A stretch of 62,037 nt of DNA, filler included, from Kipferlia bialata (taxonomy: Eukaryota), in the NCBI GenBank assembly GCA_003568945.1. It is 5 parts of 5 records of this genome, joined end to end, with 100 filler letters (N's around TTAATTAATTAA, not from the genome) between each part and the next. Parts side by side here need not be neighbours in the genome. Positions count along the whole stretch, not along the records: positions 1 to 16,850 come from BDIP01000568.1; positions 16,951 to 33,797 come from BDIP01000569.1; 3 more parts are not named here. One strand, given 5' to 3'. The position numbers and the translations under genes were made by a program. Positions within the stretch are counted from its first letter, which is position 1. Each line of letters begins with the position of its first letter. Positions 13,739 to 25,717 of this stretch are shown piece by piece. The notes beneath the pieces were generated by a model, which saw only the letters and a program-made list of their open reading frames with translations, did no database searches and had not been told where the DNA came from.

Positions 13739-16346
13739 TCACTGCATCTCAGCCAGCATCTGCTGTATGTACACATCCAGTGAGGCAAGGTCTAGACCCT
13801 CAGAGGCCTGGGCCTGGGTGAGTGTTACACATGGCACTATTCAAAACACTATTAAGGATAGGGATATGCATGAGGGTATCTATCAAACGAACATGTATAT
13901 ATACCCTACATACCTGTGTCAGCTTGACCTTCTTGGTGTGCCGTGCCAGTGATGTCAATACAATTACTAACAATATACACTATATGAATATGCATTATCA
14001 TACCTGTGTCAACTTGACCTTCTTGGTATGCTGTGCGAGAGATGCCAGCACGTCCTCCCCCGACTGTGCCACCCATGCTATCAAGGGTGCAGTCCAGAGG
14101 GTGTTGTGGATGGACAGGGGGGGGTCACAGGCTGGGTCTGCCAGCATGCCGTGCATCTCTAGCAGACAGTGTAGGATGCATACCCTGCCTCTTGAGAGGA
14201 CACCCTGCACGTCTGATATGCAGGCCATGCCCAGGGAGACAGAGGGGACCTGGGGTATGAAATGATATATATAAATATATATACACATATATGTATTACT
14301 ATATATACCTGTGCCACCACGCAGCCCCTCCTGACACATGCTGCCAGGCACCTCTTGACAGATCAATATATATATATACATTTGTATACATATATACATA
14401 TGAGGATATACTACTGTATATATACTACTATATACATATACCTGGGATACTATGCAGCACCTCCTGACACATGCCGCCAGGCACCTCTTGACAGAGTGTG
14501 TGGAGGCATCGAGGTGGGACAGACAGGGGGAGGCCTGGAATATTAGTGTGGGTATGCATATATTGATCTATATAGAGAGCTATACAGAGAGCTATAGATA
14601 CAAATACTGACATGTAGCATGTTCCACACACTGACCATCAGTACATATATATTAAGCATGTATATAGAGAGAGTAGAGCATGTATATGATAAGTATGTAT
14701 ATATATATAGTAGTAGATACTAACCTGCACCATGTCCCACACTGTGTCTGTGTCCCGGGTGGATGTATATATTATATNNNNNNNNNNNNNNNNNNNNNNN
14801 NNNNNNNNNNNNNNNNNNNNNNNNNNNNNNNNNNNNNNNNNNNNNNNNNNNNNNNNNNNNNNNNNNNNNNNNNNNNNNNNNACTATATACATACGTATCC
14901 TGACCTGCACCATGTCCCACACTGTGTCTGTGTCCCCTGTGGATATATATATTATATACCATATACATACACACATATGTATATAGAGCTATATACACTG
15001 ATACATATATATATCCTGACCTGCACCATGTCCCACACTGTGTCTGTGTCCCGTGTGGATGTGGATAGCACAGCCCCCTGGGTGACACGCACACACCGGC
15101 AGAAGGCATAGAGGACATCGACCAGAGTGCACAGGACGGCCTGATGTGAGTTACGTAGACCGGTACATAGGATTAGGGAGGTAGTATAGTTCCTGTAAAT
15201 ATATACTAGTGATAGAGATGCCAAGACAAAGGGATAGAGTGTCTGGAGGGCTACATTTGGGTCACTAATCAATCAATCAATCAATCATCCCATGAGAAAG
15301 ACCTGGAGGGCTGGAGAGTACTCTACTTGCCACCTACCATACCTTTGCTCACTGATCTCAATGCCACATACGATAACAACACAAACAGAGAGAGGTACAG
15401 AGAAAGAGATACCTTTGGGTCACTAATCTCTATGCCCTCTGGCCACTGCTGGGACAGGACACCCACAGCTGCAGCCATGTCCTCTGAGAGAGAGGCACCC
15501 TCCTGTCTCTGTCTGAAGAAAGGGGTGTAGGAGAGGGCGGCATCAACGGTAGCCTGGTGTCAGTAAGGCATATGCATATTATAGTATATTACAATATACA
15601 TATGCATCGGTATTTATACTCATAAGGAGTGGTGGAGGAGAGGGCGGAGTCAACATTAATATATACACAAACATGAACGTATGTTCAACTAGTGTCAGTA
15701 TCAGTATTCTCATGTTACTGATACATATAATAAGCTTCGTACCTTGTCATACACACTACTCATTACATACTGCTCTGGGTCCCACCTGGCATCCTGGATA
15801 TGAGGGGATACATACATGTATATATATATATTTATATTTAGAGAGAGAGAGAGCGGCACTACAGGTCCCAACATATGCCATACCTCCTCTGACAGTCTCT
15901 CCTTGACCCTGTCCCTCACCGACACCTGCTCAGGATACCTGAGGGGTCAGTATATATATATCACCACTCAATTTGATAACACATCTCAGCTCTGGTGCGT
16001 TATATATATACCTGAGGCATATGCTCTCTGTGTTAGACCCTATGGCCCCTGAGAACATGCCGTTGAACCCATATGGCACAGAGGCAGGGGCAGGCTGCGG
16101 AGGTGCACCCTCAGTCTGTGCGGCAGAGATGTCCCCCACACCCAGACCCATCCCCAACAGCGCCTCAACCGTCTCAGGGGTAGGCCGGGCAGCCCCGCGA
16201 AGAGAGCCAGGGCCCCCGATCAGCTGGGTCAGATACTCCTCATCCATATCCTTGGAGAGAGAGGAGTCAACTAATCCAAACACAATCTCAACACCCTTTA
16301 TTGACACCCCATATGTTACGCGAGTGTTCCCCGACGACACTCCCAC
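13739..16346 (-). CDS. Multi-exon hypothetical protein (alpha-helical)
   Basis: Exons DMDEEYLTQLIGG..., AVLCTLVDVLYAFCRCVR..., VPSVSLGMACISDVQG...KKVKLTQ and terminal AQASEGLDLASLDVYIQQMLAEMQ* (TGA 13739-13741). 5' end uncertain. Confidence 0.5.
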
Positions 16347-16546
16347 TCAAACCAGCGATAACACTGTATACCGACGAGGAACATCACCGCACTGTCTCCT
16401 ATGGGATGTGTTCTACTGGCTGCTGGGTGCACATTGGTACCGAGAGCGAATCAGAGGCCCAGAACCTGTAGATCTTGCAAAGTCCGACAAACGACAGTCA
16501 TTGGCATATTATCCCACTATCCTCTAAGCACTGACCATATACGTGT

Positions 16547-16759
16547 CTAGCTCGACTCCTCCTTCTTCTTGCCAAAGAGACGGGTGTGCTCACGGAGGGC
16601 CTGGAGATGAGTGACTGCCATTGCAGATTACATAGGAGATATGCACCGCAAAGTGACCCACCTTCTTTGATCCGATCTGCTCGAACTGCTCCTCGGGGTC
16701 ATAGTCACACTTACGGCTGTCGAGGGAGATGGTGATGGGGCCGTCGTTCAGAAGACGCA
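16547..16759 (-). CDS. DTD1: D-aminoacyl-tRNA (D-Tyr-tRNA) deacylase, last two exons (5' part lost at linker)
   Basis: Exons 16759-16662 and 16600-16547 give VRLLNDGPITISLDSRK...EESS*. NDGP(V/I)T is the DTD Gly-cisPro signature. Confidence 0.8.
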
Positions 16760-16850
16760 CTGGGGTGATGGATATCAGTATATATACACAGCTAGGCCAC
16801 TTGGGAGTCGGGGGGGGGGGGGGGGGGGGAAGAAAAAAAAAGACACCCCC

Positions 16851-16950
16851 NNNNNNNNNNNNNNNNNNNNNNNNNNNNNNNNNNNNNNNNNNNNTTAATT
16901 AATTAANNNNNNNNNNNNNNNNNNNNNNNNNNNNNNNNNNNNNNNNNNNN
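16851..16950. other. Artificial 100-bp contig linker (N44-TTAATTAATTAA-N44)
   Basis: Six-frame-stop spacer flanked by Ns; identical design at 4 sites. Confidence 0.97.
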
Positions 16951-17000
<50 letters not shown>

Positions 17001-17026
17001 TTCATTGGAATATACACAATCCGTAC

Positions 17027-18341
17027 CTGGCGTCATCACTGAAGAAGGAGGGCATCTGGAACTGGCCGTTGAGGATCTTGTTGTAGAGACCCACGTGGGA
17101 GGGGTCCTCGAAGGGCAGGTAGCCAGCCAGGAGGGCGTAGAGGATGACACCACTGCTCCAGATGTCAACAGCGGGGCCGTTGTACTCACGGCCTGACGGT
17201 CAGGACAGGGGGGGGGGGGGCATAAGAAGGGAGGGTATATATATACGTTTGCCAATATCTGAGCTATGGAGTGTGTGGGGTGTACCTGCAATCATCTCGG
17301 GGGCAGCATAGGAGGGGGATCCACAGGAGGTCTTGAGGTACTCCTGCCTGGGGGTGGGTGGGTGGGAGATATGAGTGGTAACACGTATCTGCACTCATGC
17401 TCTAGATGGAATCATATCCCTACCCCATCTGCATCTGTTGTACCTGTTCTTGATGGTGTTGGACAGTCCAAAGTCAGCCAGCTTGAGGGTGCCGTCCTTC
17501 ATCAGAAGCAGGTTCTCGGGCTTCAGATCACGGTGCACAACGTGCCTGGCGTGGCAGTAGTCCAGTCCGTTCACAAGCTGGAGGGGTCAGGGTATGGGGG
17601 GGTGGGGGGGGGGGGGGATGTACGCACAAACCAACCATCCATAACACTCAGATCCAGCAAAGATATAGATACCTGGTGGAAGATGGAACAGGCCTGCCTG
17701 TCATCGACACGGGTGTTCTTGACAATGAAGTCATAGAGCTCTCCGCCCTGAAGAGTGAGTGATGAAAGAGAGCAACCAATCCTGGCCAACAAAATCCATT
17801 CTACCCTGCGTCTGATAACACCCCCCAACACTACACTACTGGTCGTACCTCGACAAACTCCATGGCCAGGTAGATGTGCCTGGGTGTGTCGATGACCTCG
17901 AGCAGCCTGACAACGTTGGGGTGGTCGAGGAGCTTCAGGATCTGGATCTCCCTAGTCACACGGGTGATGTCCTGTAATGTAAGAAATATACACTCCCTGA
18001 ACAATACAACTCGTGATTAATGCACACAGTGGCAGATAAATACAGCAGGGAAGAACAGGGACAAAAGAGGAGGACGTACAGCAAGGGAGGAGATCCTCTC
18101 CTTCTCCATGATCTTCAGAGCAACCGGCTGGTTGGTAAGGATGTGGGTTCCCAGGCGAACCTTTCCGAAGGTTCCCTCGCCCAGAGGCCTACCAATGACA
18201 TAGTTGGAGACCTAAAAGTGAGACTTATCCGGAAACAAACGAATGAAGCTCAAAGACACAATCCAAAGGCATCACAACACCTTTAAACACACCAAAGAAG
18301 CCCACCTTCTTCACTCTCCTCTTGGTGGATGAACTGGACAT
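17027..18341 (-). CDS. SNF1: SNF1/AMPK-alpha family Ser/Thr kinase, 7 exons, 3' truncated
   Basis: Exons 18341-18306, 18211-18080, 17971-17849, 17747-17673, 17577-17444, 17347-17286 and 17192-17027 splice in frame. Motifs: [57 protein letters not shown]. Confidence 0.9.
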
Positions 18342-19016
18342 TTGTAAAAGGCCTATGGGTGAGGAGTGTCATTCGTTGTGGGAGAATACTGCACCCTCGC
18401 CGCAAAAATTGACCAAACCAAGTTGAGCCAAGTCCAAGTTGGCACAATGAGACCTGTGTGGGCCGTATCTTCAGCTGGATCATGGGCAGACGTGAGGGAC
18501 CCGACGGTTCTCTGCATTCGTAAGGGCTCCAAATATGATTTTACAGTAGACAGTCAGGCGTCTGACATCAGTTATCAGACGCTTCCTAGTGACGTGATGG
18601 CGTTTGAACTGGTGTGTGGTAACATGGCTTGAACTATGTCAAGCCTGTGTACGTTACCCGGGCCAACAGACGAGTTGCGTGTATGCTTTGGAACAGGGAC
18701 TGTGATATTTGCGTACCGTTGGTTCACTTTGTTGCAGTTTATTGCCGGAGGCAGCACTTGTCGTATACACTGTTGAGGAGACTATCAATCTCGTGATACA
18801 GTCATGAGTATCATCCAAATTGGTCAGCATAGGTGGCACATATGCCATGTAGCAGTTGGAAGGGCCTTTGACTCAGGTGTGCCTGTAATCACGGTTGGGT
18901 TTCTTGATCCATGCAATGTATGTCAACATGTCACGCGGTATCCAACCAATGGCCATGACGGGTTGACAAATCAATTCGTCCTTCAAGACAGATCTCGCCT
19001 CATTGTCTCTCTAGCA
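18342..19016. promoter_or_regulatory. Divergent intergenic region between the kinase and selD (likely bidirectional promoter)
   Basis: Lies between head-to-head ATGs at 18341(-) and 19017(+) and lacks microsatellites. No motif identified. Confidence 0.4.
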
Positions 19017-21904
19017 ATGTCCTGTCCCCTCGAGTCCATGGGAAGTGCCCCTGCCAACCCCTCCCTCCCTCCCGTACCCTCCGACCCCTCCAAAGTCAAG
19101 CTGAGTACGTGTGTATCTACGGCATCCCCCTCTCCCTCTCCCTCTCCTCCCTCACCCAGCGCAGTATGCCTCTGGGGCCGGGTGTGCCTGCAAGCTCAGA
19201 CCCGCTGCCCTGATGGATGCCCTGCACATGCAGAAGGAGACCCAGTTCGATGACCCCAACCTGCTGCTGGTGAGTGGCATGATCAGTGTATGCAGATTGA
19301 TATTGGGACAATGAGAGGGTCATCGGATACTCGTCTGTCGAACCAGTGTTGGGTTATACTCCTGTACCAGGGAGAGTAAGTATCCTCAGCGAGAGATACG
19401 TGTCCTCTCTCTCTCTCTCTCCCTCCCCACTCTCTCTAGCTGTCTCTCACTCTCTAGGGCTTCCAGACCTCCGATGATGCTTCAGTCTACAAGCTCAGAG
19501 ACGACCTGGCCATCGTCCAGACATGTACGGTCGTCACTCTCTCTCCCTCTCTCCCTCTCTCTCTCTCTCTCACCCAGGCGACTTCTTCCCCCCTCTCGTC
19601 GATGACCCCTTCACCTTCGGCCGCATTGCTGCCGCCAACGCGCTCAGTGACGTGTATGCCATGGGGGCCCAGTACGTGCACTCCCTCCACATTAGCTCCT
19701 CTATCCCCCTGGACTCTCCCCCTCTCACCCCATGCCTGCCACAGCCCTTGCCGTGTGTGCATTCCCCTCGGTCACCCTCCCCCTCGAGACCCTGTCCCTC
19801 ATCCTCGACGGGGCCACGGCCATGTGCAAGGAGGCCAGGTATATATATATGTGTGTATATGTATATATGTATTTGCATATTCATACATGTGCAAGGAGGC
19901 AAGGTGAGGGTGTATACCATTATACATAAGGATATATACAATTATCTCTGTCTCACCTCACTATTCCCCATTTCCTTCCCTCTTACCCCCAGTGTGAGCA
20001 TCAGTGGAGGCCACACCCTGGAGCTGGCCGAGCCCCTGTTCGGCCTATCCTGCACAGGCACAGTGCACCCCGACAAGGTGGGGGGCACTCAGTATGTATA
20101 TGTATATGTATACATGCTGTTGTGTGGCTATAGTAGTGACCCTCACCCCAGGTGTGGAAGAACGGAGGTGCCAAGGCCGGGGACCTCCTAGTGCTGACCA
20201 AGCCCCTGGGCACTGGCATATCCACCACCCTATTGAAGAAGGGGGTCACTACCCCAGACAGCCTCGCACTCAGTGAGGCAGCCATAGAGGTGGGGGTCTG
20301 GCTATAACGACAGTGTATGTATATACACCAATATCTCTCTTTCCCCCCCTGACCCAGTCCATGACCACCCTCAACAAGGGAGGCATGGAGGCTGCCCTGG
20401 ACCTGATGGACAGACACCCAGGGGCAGTGCACTCCTGCACAGACGTCACAGGTGGGGGTGGATGCCAGGCATTGCCCAGTCCAGACTCCTCTCTCTAAGC
20501 CAAATCTCAACACGGCATCTAGTATCTAGTTCTGCCCCCCCCCCCCTCCCCCCAGGCTTTGGTCTTGCTGCCCACTCTGTGGAGATGGCCAGGGCCAGTG
20601 GCATGGGGGTGGTGCTGGACCTGGAGGTAGGGAGAAGCAGATATAGAGATAGCATCGTATGAATAGTACTACTAGTATAGTGCGCTTGAGCATGTGTGAC
20701 CCCAACTCTCAGGCCCTCCCCCTCCTGGACAGTGTCGAGACCCTCCTCAAGGAGCACAGGCACACAGCTGTCCTGTCTGGCGCAAGGTATACAATACCTC
20801 ACCCATATCCTCAGTAACTTCCCCCCTGCCCTATACCCCCACTGTCTACCCCCTCAGGACCAATGTGCAATTCTGTGGCGATGACCTGCGTGTGACCGAG
20901 GCTGCCCAGTCCAACCCTGCCCTGGCCCCCAGGCTGGCAGTAGCCGCTGACCCCCAGACATCGGGGGGCCTTCTCTTTGCCGTTGCCCCGGCCCATGCCC
21001 TGGAGCTGGTGGGGCTGCTGAGGGCCAAGGGGGGTATGTTGGAGAGCAGCCAGATCGTGGGTCTGGTTGTGGAGTCCGATGCAGACAGGGTTGTGCTCTC
21101 CGCCGGCCCCTGCTCGGCCACAGACATCGCCTCTGCTGGGGTGTATGTCCACCCATACCCCAAGCCAGAGGCCACCCCTGCACCTGCTCCTGTGTCTGCC
21201 CCTGCCCCTGCCGCTGTCCCCACAGCATCAGGTGCCAACCCAGCATACGCCCCTGCCGCCACTAGCCAGGCTGGGAAGGTATGGATCGCCTGCTGACTCC
21301 CATTGCATCATGTCTCTCTGTTACTCACCCCCAGGTGTGTCTGCTGACCAGACCCCACATGGGTGAGGATGGGCCCCTGGGACGGAAGCTGGTGAGGGGC
21401 CTGCTGACCCTGATGGCGGATGGGGAGACCCTGCCCTCTGTCCTGTTCATGGCCAACACAGGTACCAGTGTCAGTGTACAGTAGACGTATATATATATAC
21501 TGGTAGTGATACTGTTCATGGCAAACACAGGTGGGGGCATGTATGCACACTCTGCTCTCCTTAGTCTATACCTTCCTCTCACTGTTCAGGCATCGAGCTC
21601 ACATATGGCTCAGACGCCGGAGTCCTTGCTGCCCTGTCCAAGCTACACTCTAGGGGGGTGGATGTCGTGACATGTGTGACATGCGTCAATGATCTCGGGT
21701 ACAAGGGCACGCTGCCAAAGGTGGGTGGTGTCATTCTTTCAGTGTGTCTTGGTCGTATATTCTTGACCACTCTCTCCTATACTTGTCGTATGACAGTGTA
21801 CTCGTGTACATCTCCCGCTTACCTCTCAGGTTGGCCGCCTTGGCACTGCAGTTGAGTCTCTCAACTACATCATGGGCACGGGCCCATACGTCACACTCGC
21901 ATAG
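19017..21904 (+). CDS. selD: Selenophosphate synthetase (SelD, Cys type) fused to a C-terminal YedF/DsrE-like CxxC domain; 14 exons, 559 aa
   Basis: Exons 19017-19104, 19160-19269, 19458-19524, 19578-19671, 19734-19838, 19993-20077, 20152-20289, 20358-20451, 20556-20626, 20713-20786, 20858-21278, 21335-21461, 21590-21720 and 21830-21904 total 1680 nt. SelD motifs: [78 protein letters not shown]. Confidence 0.93.
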
Positions 21905-22228
21905 AGGGGGTTGGGTCATAGAGTGTTTATGAACATATTCATGTCATAGATTCATCCTGGTCATACAGTAGCATGCCATTAGTCTGAAGCTGTATAGGCT
22001 GCCTGTATACCCCCCAGGATTATGTTCTTGATAGGAGTGGGTCATTACCATACCCTGTATACGATTCTTGGTATATTCATAGAATATTCTTTCGATGCAG
22101 TTCTGATCCTGTTCATGGTCTATAGTGTGGGACAAATCCTCTATTGTTGGTCAAGAGGCACATGCATACTTCGACTCTCTAGGAGTTGCACCTGTCTCCA
22201 GTTACTCCTGTGCCCCGGCCACCTTCAA

Positions 22229-22720
22229 CTAGTCCAGTACGGTGCGGAGCAGGAACTAAGGGTCAGAGGGGGGGGGCATGGACAACTGTGAATTACCTTG
22301 AGAATAGGTCACCAGTGGTGACTCACCACACCACATTGAAAATGAGAGAGCCCATTTCATAGAGATATAGAGCCCCTACCTGGAATTGGGGGCACATCAG
22401 GACGGCACTGGAGTTGCGCTGCATCCTAGTGGGTGAGTGTGGGCTTGCTCTAAAGAAGACTAAACTGGTTGAAGAGTTATGTGGCCTGGAGCAGACTATG
22501 CACGGTGTCCACTGGGTGAGAGAGAGAGAGAGAGAGAGAGAGTACATTGGAAGATGAAGGGGGTACTGTTACAGTAACTTACTGTACACCTTGCTCGTGG
22601 GCGCTACGTCCCTGACCGCATCGGCACAGTCGGGAGAGGTGTAATGTGGACCGAGACAACAGTGGTCATCCCAAACACGTCAAACACGTCAATATAGATA
22701 GTGTTGAAACGGTGCCTCTA
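22229..22720 (-). pseudogene. Possible degenerate protein-tyrosine-phosphatase remnant
   Basis: Fragments QHYLY..WDDH, CRCGQGRS (Cx5R) and RMQRNSSAVLMCPQFQ|FLLRTVLD* occur in PTP order, but in different frames and with stops. Confidence 0.3.
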
Positions 22721-22936
22721 AGCTGTCAGTCACGGGTAGATATCCCGTCTTCCTGAACACTCTGCCCGACTTCTGGCACGAGACCTACCAGAGTCAGAAT
22801 CAGGCGTTGTGCCACATCTGGAGCCCATGATACTGTAGAGGTGAGCATATACAGCTGATTTGGGCTATCGAAGGGGTATAGACTGAAAAACTGACTGGAA
22901 CTAGTAGTAGCCTTTCCGTTCTGGTCAACAGGCACA

Positions 22937-24583
22937 ATGGGCCACTCACATAACCCTGTGCTGGCGCCTGTGGTCGTTGTACCACCCAGTGGTATGGGGT
23001 ACGATGCTATGGGGGGTCAGCCTGATGTGCAGCAGTCATACGACTTCCATACGCTAAAGCTGAGACTGGAGGTGGCTGAGAGACGGGCCAAGCGTGCTGT
23101 ATGCACCTCCATAGTCATAGGCCTCCTGGCCATTGTCCTGTCGGTGGCAGTGGGTGTGGTGCTGGGGATGGGATCTGAGGCCCCTGATCTGACAGACCTG
23201 AATGATAGGGTGTCTGACATGGAGGACACTCTCTCCACCCAGGCATCGGACATGTCTTCTCTGACCTCCACCGTCTCTACCCAGGGCACCACCCTCTCCA
23301 CGTTGGGTGGGGATGTGACTGCTCTGTCATCCACGGTGTCTGTCCACACCACCTCTCTCTCCACCCTGACAAGTGACATGTCCACCTTGAGTGGAAGTGT
23401 CTCTACCCAGGGCACAAGCCTCTCCACCCTGGATGGGGATGTGGCAGCTCTCTCCTCTACTGTGTCAGGCCACACCACCTCCCTGGTTACCCTTTCAGAC
23501 AATGTGTCTGATGTCGAGTCCGATGTGGCCACACTCTCATCCACCGTCGCTGACCACACTACCTCTCTCTCCACCCTGGGGAGTAGCTTGTCAGAGCTAG
23601 CCTCAACAGTGGCCACTCATGGCACTGATATTAGTGGGATCGACACAGAGCTGACCAGCTTGGAGGGGAGTCTGTCCTCTCAGGCGGGTTCCCTCTCCTC
23701 TCTAAGTTCGAGGGTATCTTCCGTCGAGAGTGCAGTATCAGGGAATGCAGATTCCATATCCAGTCTTGAGACCGTGTCCACCTCCCACACGTCATCTCTT
23801 GGAACCCTCGATACCTCAGTCACCGCACACGAGGATGAGATCACAGACCTTGCTCTCTACACAGACCCGAATGCCGAAGAGGCCGATGTCCAGGCTCTAC
23901 TTATGGACGGTGTAGTGATCGTAGCTCCTATATATACGAAGACAACAGCAGCTGACGCCGCAGCCAGCCTGGAGCGGGTCAGCCTCGGATTCACAGGTAG
24001 GGAGAGAAATAGTATAGTGTTGCGTTACAAGTCTTGTCATACTATGTTTTGAAACAGTTGTATACTAGAGTCTTCTCAGCATATGACGCTTATCTCTTCA
24101 TAGCTGTCATGTTCACACCCAGGGGTCACAGTTAGAGAGACGGTGGCTGACGACATCGCCAGGATTCGTTTGTCTAGTGTCTACCGTGCCGGAGACAACA
24201 CTGACGACTACGGATGCGAGTACCTTCTCACACACCAGGATCTCTCCCCAGCGGGAGCCTGGATACCAGGCAACCAAGTTGTGGGGCAGTATGTGATGGC
24301 CATGTATGACAACCCTACGGCAGTGGTGGCTGTGGCGACAAGGGGTCGGGTAGGTTCCTCTTCCTGGGTGTCGTCGTATGCCATTGAGTACTATGACTCT
24401 TTGACAATGTCGTGGATGTCGATGGAGTCCACAATGACATCCTTCGATGGCAATACAAGTGGAGGCAGCGGGGTGGTGCTCCATGTGTTTTCCACCCCGG
24501 TGGTCACACGCAGAGTGCGGGTAACGCCTCTGGCTTGGACTGACTTGATAGCCATGGGACTAGAGGTGTATGGATGGCAGTAG
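22937..24583 (+). CDS. Type II membrane protein: TM helix, Ser/Thr heptad coiled-coil stalk, C-terminal F5/8 type C (discoidin) domain
   Basis: Phase-1 intron 23997-24122 joins ORFs 22937 and 24143. TM segment IVIGLLAIVLSVAVGVVLG. FA58C motifs AWIPG, VAVATRGR, WVSSYAIEY, FDGN, PVVTRRVRVTP.W...MGLEVYG. Confidence 0.88.
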
Positions 24584-25717
24584 TAGGTGGGATATCGTTT
24601 TCTAGAGGAGTACACGGGATGAAGTCCTTTCTAATGAATGCCATGTACAGCTGGAATGGGATCACATGAAGCACTCAATATATCTATGTGTCTGGTTCAA
24701 TGAGCGTCTTGAAAGGTGCTCTTTCGCTGTGATGGTTGATACGAAGTAGGATTGTTAATAGTTGGTCACATGATTGTCATTTCCCCTCCAGGTGGCCGCT
24801 TTAGTACCGCTGTCTTAGGACCACAATATGGGCCCATGCCCATCCGTCACACATCTACAGATAGGGGGTTGGATCTTAGTGTGATTAATAACAAACACAT
24901 GTCATAAATTCATCTGCTGGTGTCACTGTAGCACGTTTTGTGTGTCTGAGACGGTAACAGTTCTACTTCAGGCATCTTGACTATGATAAGAGTGGCCATA
25001 TCAACTAATAATCGGCCACCGTGCACATGGAACTTTGTATATATTCATGGTCTATTCAGCACAGCTCTAAGGCAGTTTAAGTATATTGGGATCATGACAG
25101 ACTAGCTGATAAGCTGAGTTGGTACATGTCTCACAATGAGTATCCCTATTGATAAGCTCAACCGATTTTCTAATCAAATACTAAGTTACCATACACAACC
25201 GTCTAATGCACCAAATATATTGTATTTTACACCTGTACCTGCCAACCAATGAATCAATTACATACTGGTCTATGAGTGGTACTCTATGTACCGTTCTAGG
25301 TTACCATATCTATACCATGCAATCTGACCTGCTGAAGATAACCCAGCTCTAGATGGGAATCAGGAAGTCTGTTCAGCGCTCCTTCTGACCCATGAGTTCA
25401 TTCGGTGCTCAATAGCCTATTGAGCCAATAGAGTGAGGTAACTCTCCCCATTCTACACCGAAGTTCGCAAAGAGAACAGTTCCTCGTTCATGACTCTATG
25501 TATAGAAGTCCACATTTAGTCTCTTTACAACAGCTGCACATGTGATCTAGCTAAGTTCACAAATATATTTCCATAGTATTGTATTAGGATCCTCTATGAA
25601 CACTCTGCTCTCTATGTAGTATCCTCCCCCCGAAACACATTTGTAAAGTACATGTAGGGTACCACACTGGTAGACTACCAGTGGTAGTTCAACCACAATG
25701 GTACTTCTCATTGAGGA

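Noticed and set aside
16895..16906. TTAATTAATTAA palindrome repeated four times
   Set aside because: Always centred in a fixed 100-bp N spacer. It is an assembly linker with six-frame stops, not biology.
16547..18341. DTD-AMPK adjacency or fusion
   Set aside because: The two are separated by an artificial linker, so adjacency is unproven.
18342..18356. U5 snRNA loop-like GCCTTTTAC on the minus strand
   Set aside because: No convincing stem or Sm site; it directly abuts the kinase ATG.
19160..19194. SelD as a selenoprotein (Sec/UGA)
   Set aside because: The active-site codon is TGT (Cys). The spliced model has no in-frame TGA, and I could not support a SECIS.
22672..22695. Two in-frame TGA codons near selD read as Sec
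   Set aside because: They lie in a 9-bp tandem duplication within a broken reading frame.
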